Position numbers and translations under genes: made by a program. From Eledone cirrhosa (Eukaryota): a DNA stretch of 64,000 nucleotides. The stretch lies in assembly GCA_964016885.1 (NCBI GenBank), contig OZ024740.1:319486001-319550000 (forward strand), read 5' to 3'. Numbering within the stretch: position 1 is the stretch's first letter; every line of letters begins with the position of its first letter. Below are positions 12,042-24,292 of the stretch, one piece after another. The notes under the pieces are model-generated. The model did not search any database. It saw only the letters and a list, made by a program, of their open reading frames with translations, and was not told the origin of the DNA.

Positions 12042-12460
12042 TATATATATAGATATATAGATATACATGTGTGTGTGTGTGTAGATATATCCTGATTTGA
12101 AAGACTTCACCAGGTGGTCCTATTAAGTTAGACATGACCTGGGCCAATACTGGCCGAAACCAAAGTTATCAAAGTGCATGGATATATTGTATATATATAT
12201 ATATATATATATAAAGAGAGAGAGAGATGTAAAATCGTGACCACCGTGTTGAGCGGTTTCGGCTTGTGTCTCAGCACCTGAATCTCTCTCTCTCTCTTTC
12301 TATATATATATATATATAAAAGGAACGATCGACTTTCGTCAAATCGGACCGAGGAAACAACGTTTCCGTTGGTCTTTCCAATTGCTAATACTATCTATCG
12401 GTCGCAACTCCAGGTAGAAGGAGCAACGTGAAATAAAGTGTCTTGCTCAAGGACATAACG

Positions 12461-12505
<45 letters not shown>

Positions 12506-12689
12506 CTGTGTGTGTATGTGTGTGTGTGTTTGTGGGTGGGTGGGTGTGTGTGTGTGTGTGTCTCATTACGTACTACATAAAGCGTTAAATAAATATATAT
12601 CATCAACGTACTCTATTTTTCGCTCGTGTTGTTTTTCCTTCCTGAATTTTCACATTCATACATATATATAAAATAGCAATAAAAAAAGC

Positions 12690-13015
12690 CGTTGATCACG
12701 AATGACCTTGGGATTTGAACCTAGAAAGTTCTCCTTCGAGGCACAAGTCCGAACAATGTTGTTTATGGTAGACCAACAATCGCCCATGCATACCAGTCTC
12801 CTCTCTCTACACCACCAATGTTGTCTAAGGAAAAGGCTATGGCCGATACAGATTGGCACCAGTGACGTTGCAACTCATTTCAACAGCTGAGTAAAACGGA
12901 GCAACGTGAAATAAAGTGTCTTGCTCAAGGACACAACGCATCTCCCGGTCCGAGAATCGAACTCACAACCTCATGATTGCAAGCCCAACGCTCCAACCAC
13001 TAAGCTATGCAACTT
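12690..13015 (-). mobile_element. tRNA-derived SINE, family 2
   Basis: The minus strand has a tRNA-like head GCTTAGTGGTTGGAGCG...GAGTTCGATTCTCGG, then GTCCTTGAGCAAGACACTTTATTTCAC. Confidence 0.75.
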
Positions 13016-13114
13016 CACACATACATTACATAGATATGCCCGCGCCCGCGTGTGTGTGTGAAATATCAACAATGAAAATCAGTACTGAGAACAATAAAGT
13101 ACAATTATCATATA

Positions 13115-14129
13115 CTAGCAGTAAAGCCCGGCGTTGCTCGGGGTCGCTCAGTAGCTGTGTTAAAGTTACAATGTTAAGTTTCTTTTTTGGCTTAAAAACT
13201 GTAGTGTCTACTGTGCAGACTTGCATGTGGTGTTTTTGATTAATATTCCCTCAACCAACAATATGCCTTATGAAGTTAAGAAAACATAACGATAACTCGA
13301 ATGTTATAACAAAAGAGGATGCTGGGGATAAAAACTGCACTGGTTATTCATTAACAAAGATCGAAAATGTAAACACTGCAACGCAGAGAAAAACATTAGC
13401 GTAACCAAATTATCAGTTATGTCTGTCTGCACGCCTATATCACCTCTCTGCACGACTGTCTGTCTGCACGCCTATATCACCTCTCTGCACGACTGTCTGT
13501 CTGCACGCCTATATCACCTCTCTGCACGACTATCTGTCTGCACGCGTATATCACCTCTCTGCACGACTTTCTGTCTGCACGCGTATATCACCTCTCTGCA
13601 CGACTATCTGGCTGCACGCCTATATCACCTCTCTGCACGACTGTCTGTCTGCACGACTGTCTGTCTGCACGCCTAACAAAATTTACAGATACATATATTT
13701 TAAATAAACTTATATAATTTTTGCTTTTTTCTACGAAATATTTGCTTGTTTTACGTAGTCTTTAAATAGACTTGTTTTCAAGTAAAAATATTGTTTTAAA
13801 AGGCTTTTAAATGGAAATGAAGCAACTGTTCGTGTATTGTGTTAATGTCATTTTAAACGCTGAGAAAGCCAGCGTAATTTTTTACGTAAGACGCTCAATG
13901 TAAACAGAACAAAGGGAAATAACTGATCACTTACGCTCAAAAATCGATACATTATATTCGATTTCGTCAGATAGGGCGGGTCAATTTGAAATATTTTTTT
14001 TCCGATGTCTTCGCTAGGGCTCAATGTACAAGTATAGCAATTTCGGTGCAATTCCGTGAGAGATTCTAAGAGGAGATGTGTGCCAAAAATCGATAGACAG
14101 ACAGACAACCTCAGTTTTATATATATAGA
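13115..14129 (-). mobile_element. Non-autonomous Helitron (longer copy, with an internal 37-bp minisatellite at about 13421-13645)
   Basis: 5' TC (TCTATATATATAAAACTGAGG), subterminal hairpin CCCG.GC-AAC-GCCGGG and 3' CTAG, inserted between A and T with no TSD. Nearly identical to 23621-24208. Confidence 0.9.
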
Positions 14130-14628
14130 TGTTAGTTTATAACTTGATATGAACAAATACATATATATCTGCATAAATATTATATATATATATATACATA
14201 TATATATATACAGAGAGAGAGGGGAGAGAAAGGGAAAGGATGAGGAGAAAGAGAGGCGGAGAGAAAGAGAAAGAGAGAGTGGGTAGAATAGAACATTTCA
14301 ATATCTCATGGAGACATTGCTCCGAGAGGTTTTAGAAATGTATGTCAAATATCGCAAATATAAATATGAATAATCTATACAAGATCAGAAGCCATTACAT
14401 AAGTTTGATTGCACTGCATCTAAAGTACACATTTATATAGTGGACACATTAGTAACCCCGCCTACTAATTAACAATTTCAAACAGCTAATTGCCAAATCC
14501 AAGCAGATAAAGGTTCTAAACTGAGGAATAAAAATAACTTGTACTCTTGAAAAGTTAATTAAACCCGAACTTCCAAGTCATTGTTATGTTTGACTTCGAA
14601 AATGATTGCCTTTTTCAGTGTTCAAAGG

Positions 14629-15000
14629 GATGTGGATTGACAGTATCGGTAGAGTGTCGGACAACATGTTTCCTGGCATAGAGATTTATGTTATGATTTC
14701 AAATCTCGTCGAGGTTAGCTTTGCCTTTCTTCCTTATGGGGCCGATAATAAAATATTGTATCAGTAATGCACTGGGGTCGATTTAATCAACCTTTTTAGA
14801 GCGGTGGATTGGTAGAATCGTTAGAGCGTAGGACACCATGTTTCATGGCATAGAGTTACGGCCATTTACGTTCTAATTTCAAATCCCACCGAGGTTAGCT
14901 TTGCCTTTCATCCTTACGGGGTCGATAATATTAAACCATATGTAACGTAGTGGGGGACGATTTAATAACTTTCTCCTCCCCCAAAACTGTTGGTCCTGTT
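14629..15000 (+). mobile_element. Two tandem SINE family 1 copies (about 14629-14790 and 14800-15000)
   Basis: Each carries the head GTGGATTG.CAG/TAG.ATCG, the TTCAAATC box and TTTGCCTTTC.TCCTTA.GGGG.CGATAA. Confidence 0.8.
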
Positions 15001-15368
15001 AACTGTATAAATGCAAAATGTGTGGCGGAGAATTGGTAAAGTCATTAGAAGGTCGGCTAGAATGATTTACCGTATTCATTCCGGGTCTCTGCTCTCTAAG
15101 TTCAAATCCTGCTGGCGTCATCTTTGTCTTCCAATCCTGGGGCTGAGTCTTCCTCTACCTTTCATTTTCATTTTCTCTCTATCACACACTCTTTTTTGCT
15201 AGGAGTAATCGGCTCTGTTTATAGCTAGAGAGAGAATGGGCTCTAGTCAGGTTTTAAAATGTTCAAGACACGTAGTATACCACTACACTATCCTTATGAT
15301 TCCACCACGTGTACGGGTCCAGGCATACATATATGTATGATTTTTACAGACCACCGTCTTCAGTGTAG

Positions 15369-15642
15369 AGGCGCGTGACCTTGTGGTAAGGGTGTTGAAC
15401 TTACGGTCATAATGTCGTGGGTTCGATTCCTGGGATCGGTTGTGTGTTGTGTTCTTGAGCAAAACATTTCATTTCACGTTACAGCTGAAAAAATCAGTAC
15501 CAGCAATAGCTGGAGGTTTAACCCTGCGTTGGAGTAGCGTCTCGTCATGGGGGTCATGTACTCATGGTCACTTCACGCCATGAAACAGGGATAAGCACCC
15601 AGCCTGATGAACCTCCAGGTTTGAGCCAGACTTTAGACTTAA
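15369..15642 (+). mobile_element. tRNA-derived SINE, family 2
   Basis: GGCGCGTGACCTTGTGGTAAGGG...GGGTTCGATTCC (A and B boxes), then TTGTGTTCTTGAGCAAAACA. Homologous to 28148-28430. Confidence 0.8.
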
Positions 15643-15929
15643 ACCTCAAACACGTGCGCGCGCACATACGTATACAAATACATAAATAAAGCTGTATAAG
15701 TTATACGAACAAGAGATTACAATCGACTCGTATTTATATTTCAATATGGTATTTTCCATATACAGTACGCTGAGGCCTTCAAAACACACCTGGGTATTGA
15801 TTAGATGACAAGTTCAATCATTCATCTCTCTCTGTATATATATAACCACTAAGCCATGTGCCTCCATATATATAATTACATAATAAATAACATATATATA
15901 ATTACATAATAAACAACACAATATAATTA

Positions 15930-15997
15930 TTCTATTACCAAAGTTTTCAGGAAACTAGACGATCATAACTGAAACGTACAGTTCGCTCATCAGATGA

Positions 15998-15999
<2 letters not shown>
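15930..15999 (-). ncRNA. Near-canonical hammerhead motif abutting (TA)n
   Basis: Minus strand: TTTCAT-CTGATGA-gcGAACT...AGTTTcct-GAAAAC-tttg-GTA-ATAGAA. It has one extra A and one stem I mismatch. Confidence 0.55.
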
Positions 16000-16065
<66 letters not shown>

Positions 16066-16083
16066 TATATGTACAAATATATA

Positions 16084-16150
<67 letters not shown>

Positions 16151-16171
16151 ATACATATATATAAATGCAGA

Positions 16172-16266
16172 AGTTCGATGAGCTTTTGATTCCAGAGTCA
16201 GGCCAGATCGATACAGATCGAACCTTGAGCTGATCAATAGCGAAACGCTCGTCACCAATCAATAAA
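16172..16266 (+). ncRNA. Degenerate hammerhead with a long stem II
   Basis: TCGATGA-GCTtTTGATtcCAGagtcAGG...CCTtgagCTGATCAAtAGC-GAAAC-gctc-GTC, followed by AATAAA at 16261. Stem I is poorly preserved. Confidence 0.55.
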
Positions 16267-16294
16267 CGAAATGAAGGCTTAACAAATCGTCCTT

Positions 16295-16326
<32 letters not shown>

Positions 16327-16337
16327 GTTATTATTAT

Positions 16338-16371
<34 letters not shown>

Positions 16372-16735
16372 ATGTATATATGGAGAGAGAAAAAGTGCGA
16401 AAAATGGAAAGAAAGAAAGAAGAAAAGAAAGAAAGAAAGAACGAACCAAAGAAACATGATTTCATAGTACCATAGTATGCCTCATGTGTATAGTTATTCA
16501 TGTCGTTGAACGTTTGAACATTATTTGCAAATAAAAAAACGAAGCAGATAAACGATAACAGGCTTAGCAGAGAAAAACAATGAAACTGTAGTTCTCTTCT
16601 ATTCAATTGTTAGCATCAATAAGGTGTCAACGTTCTCTCTTGTTGCCTGCAAAATAATTGCAAAATTAAAGTTTCTTAATAGAATTTCAGTAAATAAGCT
16701 TCTTCGCAGATGTAGCCTTCACTTATAAAAATATC

Positions 16736-16821
<86 letters not shown>

Positions 16822-16915
16822 AAAATGAGGTTTTCTCAAATATAAAAACGAGATATCCTGCACAGGTGAAAGTATAAGGAAAACAAACCGGAAAAATATA
16901 TTTTCTTCGCTTATT

Positions 16916-16974
<59 letters not shown>

Positions 16975-17030
16975 TAAATATAGATGAGATGCTACAGGAC
17001 TAGAACTGTTTCATTCTTTAGAAATCATAA

Positions 17031-17083
17031 GGGATTCCTGATGATATCTAAAGAATGAAACAGTTTTAGTCCTGTAGAATCTC
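17031..17083 (+). ncRNA. Type I hammerhead ribozyme, intact core, in the right arm of an approximately 60-bp hairpin (16972-17096)
   Basis: GGGATTC-CTGATGA-tatctaaagaat-GAAA-CAG-ttttagtc-CTG-TA-GAATCTC. It has a 7-bp stem I and a 4-bp stem III, with GUA cleavage predicted after 17076. Stem II is weak. Confidence 0.75.
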
Positions 17084-17159
17084 ATCTATATTAAAACTTT
17101 TATACTCTGCAATGCATTGAGTACCTTACTTACTGTGGTTACCTCCGACTCAACACGGA

Positions 17160-17230
<71 letters not shown>

Positions 17231-17364
17231 AGAAAAAACAGAATCAGTGTTGCGACGAAGGGAATTTATTGGACATATTATAATTGTTTGTCGGGCGACC
17301 AGCTCGAGGCACGATCGATGTCCTGTTCAAACTATAAATAGGAAAATCTGCTTCGTCGAATCGA

Positions 17365-17459
17365 GACGTATCAGAGGACCGCGCGATTTCAGAGTCAGGT
17401 TTGATCACCACATCGATACTGCCTAGAGCTGGTCGCCTGAGAAACAATTGTAATATGTC
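17365..17459 (+). ncRNA. Hammerhead with an extended stem II (core CAGAGGA), inside an inverted repeat 17225-17506
   Basis: GACGTAT-CAGAGGA-ccgcGCGAtttCAGagtcAGG...CCTagagCTGgTCGCctga-GAAAC-AATT-GTA-ATATGTC, then AATAAA. It has a 7-bp stem I and a palindromic P3 loop. Confidence 0.7.
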
Positions 17460-17579
17460 CAATAAATTCCTTTCGTCGTAACACTGATTCTCTTTTTTCT
17501 GTGATATCATACTTTGCTCTATGAAGGCATCGAGTGCTCATACGGCCCACGGCATACGGATGCTTTAAGCATCCAACAC

Positions 17580-17625
<46 letters not shown>

Positions 17626-17839
17626 ATGTATGGAGAGAGAAAAAGTGAGAAAAATGGAAAGATAGAAAGAAGTAAAAGAAAGAAAGAATGAACCAAACAA
17701 ACATGATTTCATAGTACATATGTGTATGCCTGATGTGTATAGTTTTTTCTTACGTTATACTGCTTTGTATTATTTAATATATTTTAGATCAGATATAAAT
17801 ATTTGTAGATCTTGATTGTCTCATTCTAATACTGAAGAC

Positions 17840-17912
<73 letters not shown>

Positions 17913-17943
17913 ATACAGATATCATATTACGTTGTAGTAGAAG

Positions 17944-18014
<71 letters not shown>

Positions 18015-18083
18015 TATGAAGAGAGAAGAAACATTTAGATATAATTAGTAATAAAATGTATCATACCTAAACTGTTCCTAAAT

Positions 18084-18171
18084 TCCTCGACTACGTAGTT
18101 TCGTAGCATAAACAAAAACAATATATCAAAGATATAGAGTCCTTGCGAGGTCTGCCGACTTATCAAGAGGA
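18084..18171 (-). ncRNA. Degenerate hammerhead with a palindromic stem III
   Basis: Minus strand: TCCTC-TTGATAA-gtcggc...gctac-GAAAC-TACGTA-GTC-GAGGA. Stem I is perfect (5 bp), and the core differs from CTGATGA by two transitions. Confidence 0.6.
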
Positions 18172-18393
18172 TACCTCATTTTACTAGTCCCAAGAACGCG
18201 TCTACACGACGTGAGAAAGACGGAGGGGGAGATAGTCACGCGATATAACGGTCGAGAAACAGAGCTAAGCCTCTTATTGGTCTGTCCCAGTCATTCATTG
18301 AGCAACATCGGTGAAGTTGGCACCCTTAACTCACAGTTGGGTGCGGATGCATTCATGTATATATGTGTGTGTCCGCATGTATCTGTGTGTTTC

Positions 18394-18459
<66 letters not shown>

Positions 18460-18798
18460 AGCTTCTACTACAACGTAATATGATATCTGTATACAACAAC
18501 TACAATGGTACGTGATGGGGCCCACCCACAGCCCCGGCGGACAGAATGGAGAAGGCGTTTCCCCGGAGGACGGCAAGGGAGACGCGTTGGAAAGGCCACT
18601 CCAACTCGCCATGTCGTTGGACGTTTGAACGTAATTTGCAAATAAAAAACGAAGCAGAAACACGATAACAGGCATAACAGAGAAAAACAATGAAACTGTA
18701 TACTCTCTCGTTTCCTGCAAAATAATTGTAAAATTAAAGTTTCATAATAGAATTTCAGTAAATAAGCTTCTTCGCAGATGTAGTCTTCACTTATAAAA

Positions 18799-18878
<80 letters not shown>

Positions 18879-18883
<5 letters not shown>

Positions 18884-19726
18884 AATTTAGCGAGAATCGC
18901 ATTTCGGCGGGTAGAAATTAGCGAAACGCAAGTTCCGAATTGTGCTGACAAGCGCTCAATGGATATGAAGATATCAGAGCTATAAACATAAGTTTAAAAG
19001 GTCATACAATACTGAAACGATGGTTAAGAAGCCATTAACCACCTAAGCCCCAAAAAGCGAACAAGCTAAACGTGTCAAACAAAATAAGATATGATTAAAA
19101 TATTTACCCGGGCCGTCGGGGAAGATGGTATACTCCAATATAGGGTTTCTGCGAGACCTACATCAATAATACTGTCTGCTTATAAAAAATAATAACCTTT
19201 GGTATAATGATCGAACAAGGATATCACTTTCTCAACAGGCATTTTGTTCTGCGTGCGCCAGAATCTCACAGCGTATGAAAGCACATATGAGGTTCTAAGG
19301 GGAGGAAACCCCTAGTTGTGGCCAATGAATTCAGCGTGTGTAGTCATTGCAAACATTTGCAAAGATAGCACAAAACGAATTAAGCTCTCGACCGAATGGT
19401 TTTTAAAATAAACTTAAGCGATTAACCAGTCAATCGAATTAACTAAAAAAAAATAAAAAAAAAATTAACTGGTTAATCGCTTGACTTGGGAGATTAATAC
19501 AAATATAAATTTAGCGAGAATCGCATTTCGGCGGGTAAAAATTAGCGAAACACAATTTCCGAATTGTGTTGACAAGCGCTCAATGGATATGAAGATATCA
19601 GAGCTATAAACATAAGTTTAAAAGGTCATACAAAACTGAGTCGATGGTTAATAAGCCATTAACCACCTAAGCCAAAAAAGCGAACAAGCTAAACGGGTCA
19701 AACAAAATAAGATATGATTGAAATAT
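18879..19726. mobile_element. Unclassified non-coding element with about 225-bp direct terminal repeats (18879-19103 and 19503-19726)
   Basis: ATATAAATTTAGCGAGAATCGC...AAATAAGATATGATT occurs twice around a 400-bp core. The element is absent from the paralogous unit at about 16735-16820. Confidence 0.65.
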
Positions 19727-19837
19727 GATTGTAATATATGAAAATGAGGTTTTCTTAAATATAAAAGCGAGATATCCTATACGGGTGAAAGTATAAGGAA
19801 AACAAATCGGAAAAATATATTTTCTTCGCTTATACAA

Positions 19838-19944
<107 letters not shown>

Positions 19945-21021
19945 AATTTTACAGTATCCATCATTCTTATTTAAACAATTGCTTGTTTTTTTTCTATAAA
20001 TTTCTCAGCATCCAAGCCAACGAGTTTGTGATCGCTCAACCTGCTCGAGACAGTAACCAAATTGTACCTCAAACCATAACCCTACCGTATTATTATTTTT
20101 TAAGTGAAAGACACATTAGATAATGCTTTCTTAGATATACAAATTTCTAAAAAACTGCTAAAGAGGGAAAATGTTGAAGGTGTTTTATAATATGGCTGCT
20201 TGATTTAAGAGCTGGATTTAAGCAACCACAGCCTCTCAGGAATATATTTGGTTTTAGTGTTACCTAAGGTAATAAAGATTTACTTGCGTGAGGATTCTCT
20301 GCGATAATTGTTTGTCATTGTCATCATATAGTGTTCCATAAATGTACTTCAACTGTTACAGATCGACCTTTCTTATTTACCGATAAGTCTATTTGTTTTG
20401 AGCTTTATTTTCTTCTATATTTTCAGGACTAAAAGTTACTTCCCACCCATATGCACAAGTCATGACCCGCTACGAAGCTCTGTTATGACCCAATAGTACC
20501 AGAGAGTTTTTCAAAACAAGATATGATGAGGTTGATGTTCTGTTCTGTTTAGATTGTTTCAGGTCTATACCTTTAGGGGAGATATGAGTAGGAGTAGGGC
20601 GTTCAGAGGGCCGATGTTCTTCGTAAGAAGGACATGACGAAGTGGTTAGTGTGGGGCCTGGAGGGTTGATCACAACACGGTGATGATATTAGAAAAGATG
20701 AAAGAGTCGAAAGTGCCATAATCGTGGTGGCATGAGTACAGCGAAGTCCGAGGAGCAAAGACCACTCACTGTAGTTTCGGTAGAAGAAGAAAAGGGAGGA
20801 GACAGCACGTCAGATTAACCGAGTGACTTTGATTCTGGGTGTGACATAGAATGCCAGTGTGAACAGCAGCAGCACAGCTCGAGATGTGGAAACAGTACTT
20901 CCCTATGGTTCATAACAGAGCTTCGTAGCGCGCCATGAGTTGTGGCTGTGAGTGAGAAATAATTTTTAGTCCCGAAAAGAAGGGCCAGTAGTACTCCAGA
21001 TGGATTGAGAAGCACACAAAT

Positions 21022-21115
<94 letters not shown>

Positions 21116-21336
21116 GCTGTCGAAACGGCCGGAGTTCAGCCGTTGGGGTCCTGACTCTTTTCCTATTACCCTAAGTATGGAGTACTCTGGTGTGGTATGG
21201 TCCACCTGGTATCTTACCATACCCTCTTTATTATATATAGATATACACAGATTGTCTCTTGTTTAAGTTTGATATGTCCTATTATACATTTATATCATTA
21301 GATATTTATGTGTGTGTATATGTCAATCATTATTTT

Positions 21337-21513
21337 GGTGGATTAGCAGTATCGGTAGAGCGTCGGACGCCATGCTTTGACGCATTGAGTTACGGCCCTT
21401 GCCATTCTGAGCTCAAATTCCGCCGAGGTTAACTTTGCCTTTCATCCTTACAAATGAAATAAAGTACCAGTAATACACTGGGTATTTGCTGGCCTTGTGC
21501 CAAAAGCAGAAAC
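21337..21513 (+). mobile_element. SINE family 1
   Basis: Matches the family consensus. Confidence 0.8.
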
Positions 21514-21885
21514 AATTATTTTGTAATGATATATATATATATATATTAGACGATCAGTTATATTTCTTCCCCACCCTGCATAAGATCATGCAATGGTACT
21601 GAAGATGTTTAGTAGTTTGTCTAAAGTATTGATTGCTAGATGGTATCGGGAGGCAGGCTATTCTCTCTGTTTCAGAGCTTTATAATTGAGAAGTGTTGAG
21701 CTGACTACTGAAATCTAACGCAATGTTTACTTCATTTTATTTACGCCTGTTATTTATTTACAGTAAGATGATTTCATCATCTAACGAGATTTTGGTCTTT
21801 TTGACTGGATCACTGCAGATCGTGGGTGACAGGATATGAACAGCTGGCATTCAAATGACTTGTTCAGCTGCATCTCTCTCTCTCT

Positions 21886-21930
<45 letters not shown>

Positions 21931-21976
21931 CCTCGTACTCTTACCTTCTCTCTCATCCATTCTCTCTTTTATCCTA

Positions 21977-22042
<66 letters not shown>

Positions 22043-22398
22043 CCTTAAACTAGGTCATTCTTTTAGGTTTGCTCTTTCGATTGTGAAATCCTTTGCTGTT
22101 ATAATACTGCTATTGTACCCCATTATTGGAGGAAAAGAGTGCTTATAACAACTGACTGTGACTTGTATCTAATCTGCTATGTCCCGTGGTATTCCAATTA
22201 TCACTCAAATTCTTTTCTTTGTCTTTCATCTTTGGTTTGTTCACAGATATTGTAATCTACGCATTTGTTTATTTTAAAAGCTCATATCAAACTTCACAGT
22301 CTTCGTGTTATTTGTCGGAGATTTAACATGAAGTTTTCAACCTTCCACCTCTCTCCGTATTTACTCTCACTCCTTTGTATACATATACACACACCTAC

Positions 22399-22527
<129 letters not shown>

Positions 22528-22649
22528 CGTGTGTGTGCATCTATGTATGCAAATATATATATATATATATATATAAACAACCAACATATACTCAATATAT
22601 ATATATATATATTTTATTAGTTATGTAATAAACAACATAAGATAATTAT

Positions 22650-22710
22650 TTCATTTACCAGTGGTTTCTTGAAGGCAGATGTTGTGTCTGTCTTCAGTCG
22701 TCAGAATGAA
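22650..22710 (-). ncRNA. Type I hammerhead ribozyme, intact core
   Basis: Minus strand: TTCATT-CTGACGA-cTGAAGaCAGAcacaacaTCTGcCTTCAa-GAAAC-CAcTG-GTA-AATGAA. It has a 6-bp stem I, a near-palindromic stem III and a GUA triplet. Confidence 0.75.
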
Positions 22711-23352
22711 TAAATAATATGGTGTTTTTATTAAATATGGATTTGAAAACAAAATTTAGGAAATATGAAAGTGAGGCTGAAAAAAACGGCCAAAGAGGAA
22801 ATAGAGGAAAAGATATAAAAAATATATATAAAAAAATAAATATCCAGAACATAAACATACACACACTCAACTACTAATAACCTCTGTAGCCTACATAGAG
22901 CACTCTTTTTTCCTGTACCTTTCCGACGGAAATACTTCATTTACACCCCCCACCCCCACTCACCCCACACACACATATATATATATATATATATACGCAT
23001 ATATGAGATAGGAACGAAAGTTCTATCTGATTCTAGTGTATTTTGCAAATCAAATACAGTGTTACTTATGGATCAAATTAATTATCAATATATTCTCCAT
23101 TGTTTTCGAAAATCTTACTCCATCTATCAATAAGACAATATAACCAGGTTGACGAAGTTTCTTAGGTTTTATATTAAATAGGAGACTAATTCATTTTCGA
23201 ACTCTTCTCAAAATAAGTCCATCAAAATAATTTTGTGTTGCTATGTGGGCGGAGCAAGCTGGAGGGATATGATGGGTGAAGCAATTATTCTAGAAGGTTT
23301 GTGGTTACTCTTTAGTCCAAATTTGGCAGTAAACCTTAGATTGTCTCACCAT

Positions 23353-23412
<60 letters not shown>

Positions 23413-23542
23413 ACTTATGATAGTTAGGCAAAGGGTTCGATCTGTGGCTCCAAGCAATGGTATCTTCAAACATGGATATGTCATAGTCACGTTTAAGAAA
23501 TTGATGTGATCCAAAACAAACTGGTGTGGAATATTAGATGGT

Positions 23543-24292
23543 AGCAGGAACATGTATTAAGCAGGAACATGTATTAAGTAGGAACATGTATTATAAAGGA
23601 ACATGTATTAAGCAGGAACATCTATATATATAAAACTGAGGTTGTCTGTCTGTCTATCGATTTTTGGCACACATCTCCTCTTAGAATCTCTCACGGAATT
23701 GCACTGAAATTGCTATACTTGTACATTGAGCCCTAGCGAAGACATCGGAAAAAAAATATTTCAAATTGACCCGCCCTATCTGACGAAATCGAATATAATG
23801 TATCGATTTTTGAGCGTAAGTGATCAGTTATTTCCCTTTGTTCTGTTTACATTGAGCGTCTGCGTGCAAAAATTAAAAAAATTACGCTGGCTTTCTCAGC
23901 GTTTAAAATGACATTAACACAATTCGAACACTAAGCTTCCGTTTTGCTTCATTTCCATTTAAAAGCCTTTTAAAACAATATTTTTACTTGAAAACAAGTC
24001 TATTTAAAGACTACGTAAAACAAGCAAATATTTCGTAAAAAAAAGCAAACATTATATAAGTTTATTTAAAATATATGTATCTGTAAATTTCGTTAGGCGT
24101 GCAGACAGACAGTCGTGCAGACAGACTTTAAGCCAAAAAAGAAACTTAACATTGTAACTTTAACACAGCTACTGAGCGACCCCGAGCAACGCCGGGCTTT
24201 ACTGCTAGTGTATTATAAAGGAATATGTATCATTAACGAACATTTATTAAGCAGGAACATGTATTACGCAGGAACATGTATTATAAAGGAAC
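23543..24292 (+). repeat. 17-bp minisatellite (AGGAACATGTATTAAGC) split by a Helitron
   Basis: Units run 23543-23620 and resume at 24209. Confidence 0.85.
23621..24208 (+). mobile_element. Non-autonomous Helitron (shorter copy of 13115-14129 lacking an internal segment)
   Basis: A|TCTATATATATAAAACTGAGG ... CCCGAGCAACGCCGGGCTTTACTGCTAG|T. Removing the element restores GGAACA|TGTATT of the host minisatellite. Confidence 0.92.

Noticed and set aside
15369-15435. tRNA-like A/B boxes (also 28148 and the SINE family 1 heads)
   Set aside because: They continue into SINE bodies and do not form a clean cloverleaf, so they are not tRNA genes.
17827-17930. CTGAAGA followed by a TA-filled stem as a hammerhead
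   Set aside because: The GAAA position reads GTATAC in both inverted copies, so the core is not supported.
18941-19030. CTGACAA...TATAAAC in the direct repeats as a hammerhead
   Set aside because: Both core halves deviate in both copies and no stem I was found.
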